From an uncultured Candidatus Saccharibacteria bacterium (GTDB lineage Bacteria > Patescibacteriota > Minisyncoccia > Phycocordibacterales > SIBU01): a DNA stretch of 47,960 bases. Positions within the stretch are counted from its first letter, which is position 1, and each line of letters starts with the position of its first letter. Position numbers and translations under genes: made by a program. Positions 9,811-17,270 of the stretch are shown here, piece by piece. The notes beneath the pieces are model-generated. The model saw only the letters and a list, made by a program, of their open reading frames with translations, had not been told where the DNA came from and searched no databases. The DNA is taken from positions 1 through 47,960 of the forward strand of contig CAYHDB010000004.1 of NCBI GenBank assembly GCA_964355335.1, given 5' to 3'.

Positions 9811-9882
9811 CTTCTAATTATAACAGAAAAAGGAAACGTGTTCTCCGTAACATTGTTCACAGAAAGCGCAGAAATTTTACGT

Positions 9883-10536
9883 CTAGTAAATAGGAGTAAA
9901 ATCTTTAAAATTTGAATTTGTCATAAAACCTCGAACGTAGGTATTTCTTTTTGTTTGTTCCAAGCAATTCAAGTCAATCGACTGCGGTATTTTACCTTTA
10001 TTTTTGATAAAAATTTCGATGATTCTCATAATAAAATCGTGCGCAATTATAAGCTTGGTATCATCAATAGAGAATATATCATCAAAAAATCTCTTAATCC
10101 GGTCAAAAGTGCTGACGTAAAATTCAGCGTCTTCCCCAGACACCATGCCCCGAAATACTGCACTGTTCACAGCCGCAATACCATCGCCTCCTTTAAACAA
10201 TTTTGCCAAATCAAAACTTATTTCGTCCAATTCTGAAAACTTTTTGACCGGGGGCCGAACACCTGTCACCTTCTCAATCTCATTCTGAAAAATAAGGGCA
10301 GTTTCCCCTGTGCGCGGAATCGTGCTCGTGTATATTACCTTAGACAAAAGTATTTCTGGAAAATTGGAAATTAATTTTTTGACCAGTATCGTCGAATATT
10401 CCATATCTATAGGAGGGTTAAGCTTCCTGTCTCCCAAACCCGAAAGCACTGAAATCGGCATCTCACTGTGATCCTTGAAAGGAAGAGATAGCTTTCCGTG
10501 CCTAACTATAAAATATCTTGATAAATTTTTATTCAT
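9883..10536 (-). CDS. Histidine phosphatase (phosphoglycerate mutase-like) family protein
   Basis: FIVRHG, TS..PRTGETA, ELDEI and LIIAH motifs. Confidence 0.8.
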   Translation of the reverse strand: MNKNLSRYFIVRHGKLSLPFKDHSEMPISVLSGLGDRKLNPPIDMEYSTILVKKLISNFPEILLSKVIYTSTIPRTGETALIFQNEIEKVTGVRPPVKKFSELDEISFDLAKLFKGGDGIAAVNSAVFRGMVSGEDAEFYVSTFDRIKRFFDDIFSIDDTKLIIAHDFIMRIIEIFIKNKGKIPQSIDLNCLEQTKRNTYVRGFMTNSNFKDFTPIY

Positions 10537-10570
10537 TGTTTTTTGTAGTATAACAAATTAATAATAAATA

Positions 10571-10599
10571 GAGGGAGCGCAATATTTTGCAACTCCCCC
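10571..10599 (-). terminator. Probable intrinsic terminator after the PEP-utiliser gene
   Basis: Imperfect GGGAG...CTCCC hairpin next to an A/T-rich tract, just after the stop codon. Confidence 0.45.
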
Positions 10600-10608
10600 G
10601 TACGATAA

Positions 10609-13089
10609 TCACTTGGAAATGATTGTTATCTTGCCCGAAGCCCCGTCAACTCTCACCCGCATTCCCGTTTTAAGCACGTGGGTAGCTCTCGGGACATTAA
10701 GTACCGCCGCAAAGCCGATTTCCCGAGCATAGATGGCTCCATGCGCAAGTAATCCTCCCACTTCGGTAACAAGCCCTCCTTTCGCCCCTACTATTGCGAG
10801 TGCCGGTGCCCAAGCTGGATCGGTCTGTTCTGTAACAAGAATTGACCCAGGCTTAAGCATTTTAATGGTCACTGTATCTGCTAAACTCCTGACAATAACC
10901 ACTTCTCCCGTAACCGAGGCGTTCGTAACACCAATACCCTTCAGAACACTCGCGGTGTTAAAAAAAGCATCAGCTGTTCCAATGTGTCGCAACTCTGCCG
11001 CAAACGAAACTGGCGGTACGTAAACGTCCCTATGGAGTCTCCGCATTTCCTCTCTTCCGTCTGCTCTCCGTCGAAGAATACCTGCCTTGGTGGTAAGATG
11101 CCCGACCTCTTCCGGTTTAAGGTAAAAGATTCGACCCTCATCCCAACCAAGCTTGCGTTCGATGACTACAGCAAGTTCCCGAAGGAGTGCATAGCCTCGG
11201 AGATATTCGAATTTTACCTCTTCTCTAAGACCCAAGTATGTCTGAGCCATGGATAGCAGGTCGCTCAAACCCTGCAAGTGCTTCCGCCCCGGTCTAAACA
11301 ACCTAGCAAGAAGCATTACACGCTCGTCTTCTTTCGAAGAAAGGTCGTGTTCGGGTGATTCCGTGATTCCCTCGGAAAGTTGGCGAAGTGTTTCCGGTTG
11401 ATTGGCAAAACGAGGCGTTGAAATTTCCAATTCATGTTGGGCAAGATGCCCGTAGCGTTCACAAACCTCTTCGAGAGTAACAGTTCCCTGTTTCAAATTA
11501 AAGAGGTCTGCCGTGAACTGCAGATTTGGATTTGTCTTCCGCGCCGATCCGCCAGTTAATACATTGAGGAATTGATCCGCCTTTTTTCCGTGATGTTTCT
11601 TTATCATCTTTCGCGCTTGCGCGTAAGAGAAGAAGCCGAGCCGAGCTGCCTTCACGAAGATCCTACAAGCACGGGTTCGAAGCAACTCACAAATCGCCAT
11701 GTACTGCGAAGTGAGTTCCGCAAGTGATCCATTGCCTAGTGAATGTTTAGCTTTTGAGATCGCAGCGGTCCATTCCGGAAGAAACTTGCTTCGATACTCA
11801 TCTTCCGTTGTGGTCGCTGCATTCAAAAGCTTTTGTTCAAAGACTTGGTACGCTTTGTGAAAGCATTTGCCCTTTCGAACTCCGAAGAGATCTGAAAGGA
11901 AGCGCCGTGTTGGGTTCTGGTTGTACAGAACCACCTCTGGATAATTGGCAAGACTCCTGTCTGCTCGAACTCTTGCAAGGTAGTGATTCACCAACTTGCA
12001 ATAATCGAGAAGCGGAATACCTGCTATCCTGTAAGTAAAAGCATCGTGAATTATGCTTGAACGTGGCTGCCCTCCTATGAGGGCGAAAAAACCACAATCC
12101 AACTCATCCCCGATCTCATACCCGAGCTCATTTCGAGCCATACGTATTGCTCCATTCCCATGGGCAAAACAATACGTGAATAATCCAAACCCCATTGTCG
12201 TAGGAAAGGACGTCAGAAGTTCGACAATGTTTTGGTCCGTGAACACGTCCTCAGCGAGTCTGCAACCAAGCGTGACAAGACGTTTTTTCTCCCTGCCAAC
12301 CTCTGCGACGGTTTCTTTGATAGAACGTTGAACTTTCGGAGAGAGCTTCTTGTCATTCAATTGGCCCAGTGTGTCAGAACGGCTTTTCCGACCCTGATTA
12401 ATAAACAACAAGCCGGTAGTGCACTCGAACGCCCATTCAATATCATTCACCCCGAGGTTCTTGTTAAGCAGCTTGGCAGTTTGGACAAGCTCCTTGATCT
12501 GCTTGGGACTCAAGTCAACACCACCTTTTCCCTCAACCCTTTTCACCAGTCCGGTTTTCTTATACACGTACCAGCGCCTCGGCTCTTCCTGCCCGGAAAC
12601 CAGTTTGTCTGCAGTACCGGTCGTGGCCTCAATGACCATGCATTCCTTGTCACCGTTTGCGGGATTATCAGTAAAGATAACCCCTGCGACAGACGCATCA
12701 ACCATCTCCTGCACAAAAAGGGCTAACCGTGGTTCTCGTGCGTGATGGACTTTCCGGTATGACTGCGCTACCGTGCTTTTTACAGCTTGGGCGCATTCAA
12801 TTACTGCGGCACCGAGGTCTTTTCGAGCGACAAACAGCTTGCTTACAAACTGCCCCGCCCACGACAACTCGCCGTCTTCGTCAACTGCGGAACTGCGAAC
12901 AGCAAAACCTACGCGGTTGTCGTCAAGAGAGCTAGTAGAATTCAACAACCCTGCTGGCAGCCTGCCAGTTCGATTGATAAAATCTACCCTTTCTACTTCT
13001 AACGAAACAAAGGGTTTAACGTTTGCCAACTTTCTGATGCGAAACAACATTACTGCTTTTCGCCCGTTATGTTTAACTGAGAGTTTCAT
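10609..13089 (-). CDS. PEP-utiliser/PPDK-type kinase: N-terminal ATP-grasp, central substrate domain, C-terminal phosphohistidine swivel (rifampin phosphotransferase / L-glutamine kinase architecture)
   Basis: AVRSSAVDEDG..SWAGQF, VQEMV...AGVIFT, DIEWA and C-terminal TDPAW...GGLLAHGAIYAREIG..AV. Confidence 0.85.
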   Translation of the reverse strand: MKLSVKHNGRKAVMLFRIRKLANVKPFVSLEVERVDFINRTGRLPAGLLNSTSSLDDNRVGFAVRSSAVDEDGELSWAGQFVSKLFVARKDLGAAVIECAQAVKSTVAQSYRKVHHAREPRLALFVQEMVDASVAGVIFTDNPANGDKECMVIEATTGTADKLVSGQEEPRRWYVYKKTGLVKRVEGKGGVDLSPKQIKELVQTAKLLNKNLGVNDIEWAFECTTGLLFINQGRKSRSDTLGQLNDKKLSPKVQRSIKETVAEVGREKKRLVTLGCRLAEDVFTDQNIVELLTSFPTTMGFGLFTYCFAHGNGAIRMARNELGYEIGDELDCGFFALIGGQPRSSIIHDAFTYRIAGIPLLDYCKLVNHYLARVRADRSLANYPEVVLYNQNPTRRFLSDLFGVRKGKCFHKAYQVFEQKLLNAATTTEDEYRSKFLPEWTAAISKAKHSLGNGSLAELTSQYMAICELLRTRACRIFVKAARLGFFSYAQARKMIKKHHGKKADQFLNVLTGGSARKTNPNLQFTADLFNLKQGTVTLEEVCERYGHLAQHELEISTPRFANQPETLRQLSEGITESPEHDLSSKEDERVMLLARLFRPGRKHLQGLSDLLSMAQTYLGLREEVKFEYLRGYALLRELAVVIERKLGWDEGRIFYLKPEEVGHLTTKAGILRRRADGREEMRRLHRDVYVPPVSFAAELRHIGTADAFFNTASVLKGIGVTNASVTGEVVIVRSLADTVTIKMLKPGSILVTEQTDPAWAPALAIVGAKGGLVTEVGGLLAHGAIYAREIGFAAVLNVPRATHVLKTGMRVRVDGASGKITIISK

Positions 13090-13166
13090 TTCAGTAATCC
13101 TTTCGTTTATTGTTCAAAACAACATTTCTGTACATACGCGTTATCGCGAAACATACACACCGATTA

Positions 13167-13796
13167 TCAACTAAGATCGACGCAGTTACCCAGGTAATCA
13201 ATAAGGTCACAAGAGTACCTAGTCCGTCGTACTTGTGCGTCAACCCTACCAAATAAACAAGCAATCACCCAAGAAGCACTCGTTCCGGTACATTTGCAAA
13301 TATACTTTATGAGTGATCTGTGTGCGTCAACATCAGAAGCTTCCCGTGCAACCGGGCAATCAGTGGGTTTCTCCCTATATCTTTGCTCCAGGTAACCAAG
13401 CGTGCAGAGCATTTTTGATTTGCATTCAGGAAAAAGCCTTTGTAGGGTTTCAGAAACGCTTTCATCCATTGCTAAGATAATCGAGGATTCTTCGATATCT
13501 GTACTACTCACTTCCTGTGCCAACCGATCTGTGGGCATAACAACTCCACACTCACTAAGAACAGGTTTAATTGTTAACCACAAAGCCGGAAAGTCTTTCA
13601 CCAGACTTTTCCCGGCACACCCAGTTAATCCCCGAGAGATACAGGTTGCCGACCTTGGCACCCTGTACAACTGCAAAGGTTCGTATGAAGCAGTGCGTTT
13701 TATTCTTAGTGTTTCATTGAGGCATGTTTCTGCAATAACTGAACGGTAAACGTTGTCTGCACAAACGATGAGAATTTGATTTTTCATAACAATCAT
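13167..13796 (-). CDS. Low-molecular-weight protein Tyr/Arg phosphatase or ArsC-like protein
   Basis: N-terminal ILIVCADNVYRSVIAE (CX5R P-loop), SRGL and IILAMD. Confidence 0.75.
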   Translation of the reverse strand: MIVMKNQILIVCADNVYRSVIAETCLNETLRIKRTASYEPLQLYRVPRSATCISRGLTGCAGKSLVKDFPALWLTIKPVLSECGVVMPTDRLAQEVSSTDIEESSIILAMDESVSETLQRLFPECKSKMLCTLGYLEQRYREKPTDCPVAREASDVDAHRSLIKYICKCTGTSASWVIACLFGRVDAQVRRTRYSCDLIDYLGNCVDLS

Positions 13797-13858
13797 TTTG
13801 TCAAAGAACTACTTTTCTGGCTGTCTATGACGGCGAATTGGTCGCCGGCATATTCCAA

Positions 13859-13900
13859 ACAAAAAAGACACCTTGGCGAAATCCAAGGTGTCTTTTTTGT
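13859..13900 (-). terminator. Attenuator terminator hairpin
   Basis: Perfect 18-bp inverted repeat ACAAAAAAGACACCTTGG-cgaaat-CCAAGGTGTCTTTTTTGT including a U-run. Confidence 0.9.
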
Positions 13901-13909
13901 CATAATTAA

Positions 13910-13996
13910 TTAACGACAAAACAGATGGATCTCGCCATGATTAGACATAGACCATCGCCAAACTGCATTTTTAATTTTTACTAATAATTGATTCAT
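13910..13996 (-). CDS. Trp-containing leader peptide (TrpL-like), 28 aa MNQLLVKIKNAVWRWSMSNHGEIHLFCR
   Basis: Manual translation; starts 4 nt after the trpR stop; TGG-CGA-TGG codons at 13960-13952; overlaps alternative hairpins upstream of the terminator. Confidence 0.8.
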   Translation of the reverse strand: MNQLLVKIKNAVWRWSMSNHGEIHLFCR

Positions 13997-14000
13997 ATTT

Positions 14001-14279
14001 TTATTTGACTTTATAATTCTTCAAAACCTTCCAAAATCCACCTTTATCGTTCAATAATTCTCTGGAACCGCGAGTAATCTTGGCAATACTGACTCCTAAA
14101 TTACCGGCTATTTCTCTTTGAGGTACCCTCTTCGAGAGCAACTTGATGATTTGCCAGCGAATACTGATATCCTCAAACTCCGTCGGAGTAAGCAGATCCT
14201 CAAGGAACTCATCCATCAGCTTTGGATTCCTGATAGATACCAACAGCTTCATTAATTCCTCTCGATATTTCTTATCCAT
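14001..14279 (-). CDS. trpR: Trp repressor (TrpR/YerC-YecD family) HTH regulator
   Basis: FLEDLLTPTE...RWQIIKLL...PQREIA.NLGVSIAKITRGSREL matches the TrpR signature. Confidence 0.88.
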   Translation of the reverse strand: MDKKYREELMKLLVSIRNPKLMDEFLEDLLTPTEFEDISIRWQIIKLLSKRVPQREIAGNLGVSIAKITRGSRELLNDKGGFWKVLKNYKVK

Positions 14280-14284
14280 ATGAT

Positions 14285-14314
14285 TTGTACTGTTGTAATG
14301 CTACACAAGTACAA
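14285..14314. promoter_or_regulatory. Tandem TrpR-type operator overlapping the trpR promoter
   Basis: TTGTACT-N16-AGTACAA with an internal GTAAT-N8-AGTAC; compare the E. coli GTACT-N8-AGTAC core with 8-bp tandem spacing. Confidence 0.7.
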
Positions 14315-14369
14315 TATCATATACGTAAAATAGCACAAGTTTGGGGTGTGGATAACTCAGATTTCACAT

Positions 14370-14400
14370 AAATAAAAGACGCTCTGTGATAGAGCGTCTT
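14370..14400 (-). terminator. Intrinsic terminator after the zinc-ribbon ORFs
   Basis: AAGACGCTCT-gtgat-AGAGCGTCTT with an adjacent minus-strand U-tract. Confidence 0.8.
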
Positions 14401-14417
14401 GGCTACAAAGAACTTTC

Positions 14418-14588
14418 TTAATACGTCACAGTGCGAACAATCTCATGTCTCATCCCGAAGTCTTCCGCCTTGTAAGGTGGCATAAGCAACCAATTACACT
14501 TAGGACAAAGGGCGGGTGATGTAACTTTCGGAAACACAATCCTGCTACACTGCCAGCACCAGTAGCATCTCCGTCTTGGATTTTTCAT
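14418..14588 (-). CDS. Small zinc-ribbon-like protein (56 aa, MKNPRRRCYWCWQC...LCPKC)
   Basis: Two CxxC pairs; GAGGGA SD upstream of ATG 14588; followed by a terminator. Confidence 0.6.
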   Translation of the reverse strand: MKNPRRRCYWCWQCSRIVFPKVTSPALCPKCNWLLMPPYKAEDFGMRHEIVRTVTY

Positions 14589-14607
14589 CACATATCCCTC
14601 TTTGTGT

Positions 14608-14811
14608 TCACGCACTCCAGGCCGAACGGCGAGGTTTGGTGCGTGTCGGTGCAGTGCCGAAACCAGCGGGACGGCTTGGCTCAGACAGAACCGCACTGAT
14701 AGGTAACTCTTCAAGAACAGTATTGCACTTTGCGCAGTGGATGTTCCGGCCGATTTGTTTTGTTGTGACATCGGCCAAACAGCGAACGCAGTATTTAGTT
14801 GGTGTATTCAT
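14608..14811 (-). CDS. Small zinc-ribbon-like protein (67 aa, YCVRC...HCAKC)
   Basis: Two CxxC pairs; first ORF after the T-box terminator. Confidence 0.6.
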   Translation of the reverse strand: MNTPTKYCVRCLADVTTKQIGRNIHCAKCNTVLEELPISAVLSEPSRPAGFGTAPTRTKPRRSAWSA

Positions 14812-14854
14812 TTTAAGGAACTATTTTTTGAGAACGATTTTTGTTTTTGAAACG

Positions 14855-15175
14855 AAAAATCCCATCCCCAATGTCCCGACATAATGTCGAGACGCTAAGG
14901 ACGAGATTTGTTTCCCGTGGTGCCACCTTGCTTGTCCGCCTAAGTTTTGTTCTCACAAAAATTTTGGCGTGCTTCTCATCAGCTCATGCTCCTTGCGGAA
15001 GATACTGATTATCTCTGTTACGGGAGAACCCGGGCCTGCACACGAGCTATACCTTTCGGTCGCTCAAGCACAGACCATCCTGTCATCTGTTTTCACAAAC
15101 GACTTATCTAGCCCCAACCCCAGCCACCTTTCGGCAACCAGGAACTAGACATGGATGTTGTAACTGTCAACCTGA
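14855..15175 (-). ncRNA. T-box riboswitch (transcriptional) with an atypical 5' domain
   Basis: T-box AAGG-UGGCACC-ACG (14929-14916) pairs with CGUCCUU (14903-14897); a competing long terminator with U-run spans 14909-14855; stem III-like hairpin upstream; F-box-like CCCGUAAC (15024-15017). Confidence 0.8.
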
Positions 15176-15179
15176 TATT

Positions 15180-15207
15180 AGGTTACCAGACCCCCAAAAT
15201 TTGTCAA
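15180..15207 (-). promoter_or_regulatory. Sigma70-type promoter for the T-box leader
   Basis: TTGACA-N16-TAACCT with an extended TG. Confidence 0.6.
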
Positions 15208-15212
15208 CAATA

Positions 15213-15836
15213 TCAGATTTTAAACCTCCTTGAAAAATCCCCAACGTGATATTTTCTAAAATCAAAGACTATATTTACCTCTTTATTAAGCGTCTTTATA
15301 TAAGCAAAAAATTGACTGGCATCCCAGACACTTAAGTCCAGGCCTTTCACTACCTCATCCAACTTCTTCTGAGCAACAGCAACCTCATCTGAATGACTCA
15401 TTATTTCCGCCTCAAAATAATAGCTGTGGTTCGGAACCTCTACCAAGGCGAGCTCAACACCCTTATATTCATAGACCCATGAGTTTCTTACACAAAGCAT
15501 CCCCTTTTCCAAACCGATACTACCGAAAATCCTTACTAAGTCATCGAAGGAATTATTCGGAGTACATACAGATATTTCCTCCCGACTTTCCTTGCTACCC
15601 CAGGAACCAAGCTTAACTATTATTTCAGGAACCCCGTTCGTAACCCGAAGGCGAATATCTTTATTTCTTGCATTGAGCTTCTGACCTTTTATAAAGGTAG
15701 AATAATCAATCAGAACTCTTTCCTTTTTCAATTTGAATTTGCCATTCGTCGTCAGAAACTTTTTTACACGCAAAAACTCATTTCGGGCTAAAGTCCCTCG
15801 CACTTCCACTTCTATTGTTTTCGCTTTCTTAGCCAT
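15213..15836 (-). CDS. CYTH (class IV adenylate cyclase / triphosphate tunnel) domain protein
   Basis: IEVEVR (ExExK-like), IRLR, SREEI and YYFEAE motifs. Confidence 0.8.
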   Translation of the reverse strand: MAKKAKTIEVEVRGTLARNEFLRVKKFLTTNGKFKLKKERVLIDYSTFIKGQKLNARNKDIRLRVTNGVPEIIVKLGSWGSKESREEISVCTPNNSFDDLVRIFGSIGLEKGMLCVRNSWVYEYKGVELALVEVPNHSYYFEAEIMSHSDEVAVAQKKLDEVVKGLDLSVWDASQFFAYIKTLNKEVNIVFDFRKYHVGDFSRRFKI

Positions 15837-16099
15837 TCACTTCACAAAAATAATTTAATAACCGTATTGTGCTCTCCTCCCCTGTTTTGTCAAACAAAAC
15901 CAAGAATTATCTGTGAAATAGTTAAAAATAATACGAACCAAAAAATCTGGACTTAATCTAATGGTGTGCTACCCTCTGGGTAGCTAATGGATCTTCGAAA
16001 AATGGCCTAATAAAGGCGTGAAATACCATTGGTGTGGCTAAGCGTAGCCACAGATTTTGCTCACAAAACGACAGTTCAGACAAGAAAGATGAGGTAATA

Positions 16100-17251
16100 A
16101 TGAATGCACAACTTGATGTAAAAAGCTTGACAAGTGCGATGGTTTCGTTTGATACAGTTTCCTCGAAAAGCAACATGCCCCTAGTGAAATTCCTACATCC
16201 CCTGCTCACCGAGATTGGGTTTGAGGTAGAAATCCAGGGTCATGAGCTTCAGCAGGAAATACTGACAAAGGCGAACATCATTGCCCGAGCAGGTCCACGA
16301 GATGTGGAACCTCTGATGTTCTCCGCACACACCGACACAGTACCTGAGGGCAGCCATTGGGACTATAAGCCGTTTGAATTAACGGAGGACAAAAGACGCG
16401 GATTGCTGTTTGGACGCGGTGCAGTGGATATGAAAGGTTCAATCGCATCAATGATATGCGCATTGGCTCCACTTTTGCCAAAGGCGAACAGTTTCAAACG
16501 CGAACTGATTCTCGGATTAACCTTCGATGAAGAGGTGGGTTTGCTTGGCGCAAAACATCTCGTTCAATCCGGATTGATCAAGCCGAAATACGCATTGGTC
16601 GGTGAACCGACATTAATGAAACCGATGCGTATGCACAAGGGTCACATCTACTTGCGCGCCGTATGCCATGGAGCAAGCGGTCATGCGAGCGACCCGAAAA
16701 GCGGTGTAAATGCAATTGAGATTGCTGGACGGGTCATCGAAATACTGCGAGCATTTGCCGGGGAACTGGCAGTGCAAGGCAACGATGAGTATGACCCTCC
16801 TTACGCGACTCTCAATCTGGGTGTAATCAAGGGTGGCACGATAGCCAACGTAATCGCGGAAGAATGCATGATAGAGTTCGATATCCGCCCCATCGAGGGG
16901 CAGACATCAGACTTGATGATTCGCGACCTCGTGGCTCGTATGCAAAGCATCGGTGAACACTGCGGTCAACCACTTGTTTCTCTGAAGCTGACACGTTGCC
17001 CTACAGAACCGGTCACCACGGATCCAAATTCGTTGATTGTGACTGTCGCCGAGCAGGTAACCGGTATGAAGGCGCGAGGAGTGCCTTATGGTACGGATGC
17101 GTCCGTACTCCAACTAATGGGTACCGATTGTCTCATCCTTGGGCCTGGCGATATCGCACAGGCGCACAAGCCAAATGAGTATGTAAAAACCGAGCAACTC
17201 GAGCTTGCTGTAAGCAAATTCAGGCAAATCGCTCAAAAAATTTGCCTATGA
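16100..17251 (+). CDS. argE: Acetylornithine deacetylase (M20 family); probable start at ATG 16100
   Basis: SAHTDTVP, GRGAVDMKG, FDEEVGLLGA, VGEPT, HKG, YGTDA and GPGDIAQAHKPNEY; GAGGT SD; operon with argA. Confidence 0.85.
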   Translation: MNAQLDVKSLTSAMVSFDTVSSKSNMPLVKFLHPLLTEIGFEVEIQGHELQQEILTKANIIARAGPRDVEPLMFSAHTDTVPEGSHWDYKPFELTEDKRRGLLFGRGAVDMKGSIASMICALAPLLPKANSFKRELILGLTFDEEVGLLGAKHLVQSGLIKPKYALVGEPTLMKPMRMHKGHIYLRAVCHGASGHASDPKSGVNAIEIAGRVIEILRAFAGELAVQGNDEYDPPYATLNLGVIKGGTIANVIAEECMIEFDIRPIEGQTSDLMIRDLVARMQSIGEHCGQPLVSLKLTRCPTEPVTTDPNSLIVTVAEQVTGMKARGVPYGTDASVLQLMGTDCLILGPGDIAQAHKPNEYVKTEQLELAVSKFRQIAQKICL

Positions 17252-17270
17252 AATCCGGAAAGGAGTTCAC

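Noticed and set aside
14347-14355. Perfect DnaA box TGTGGATAA (another at 23433-23441) as a replication origin
   Set aside because: The boxes are isolated, not clustered, and there is no dnaA/dnaN context.
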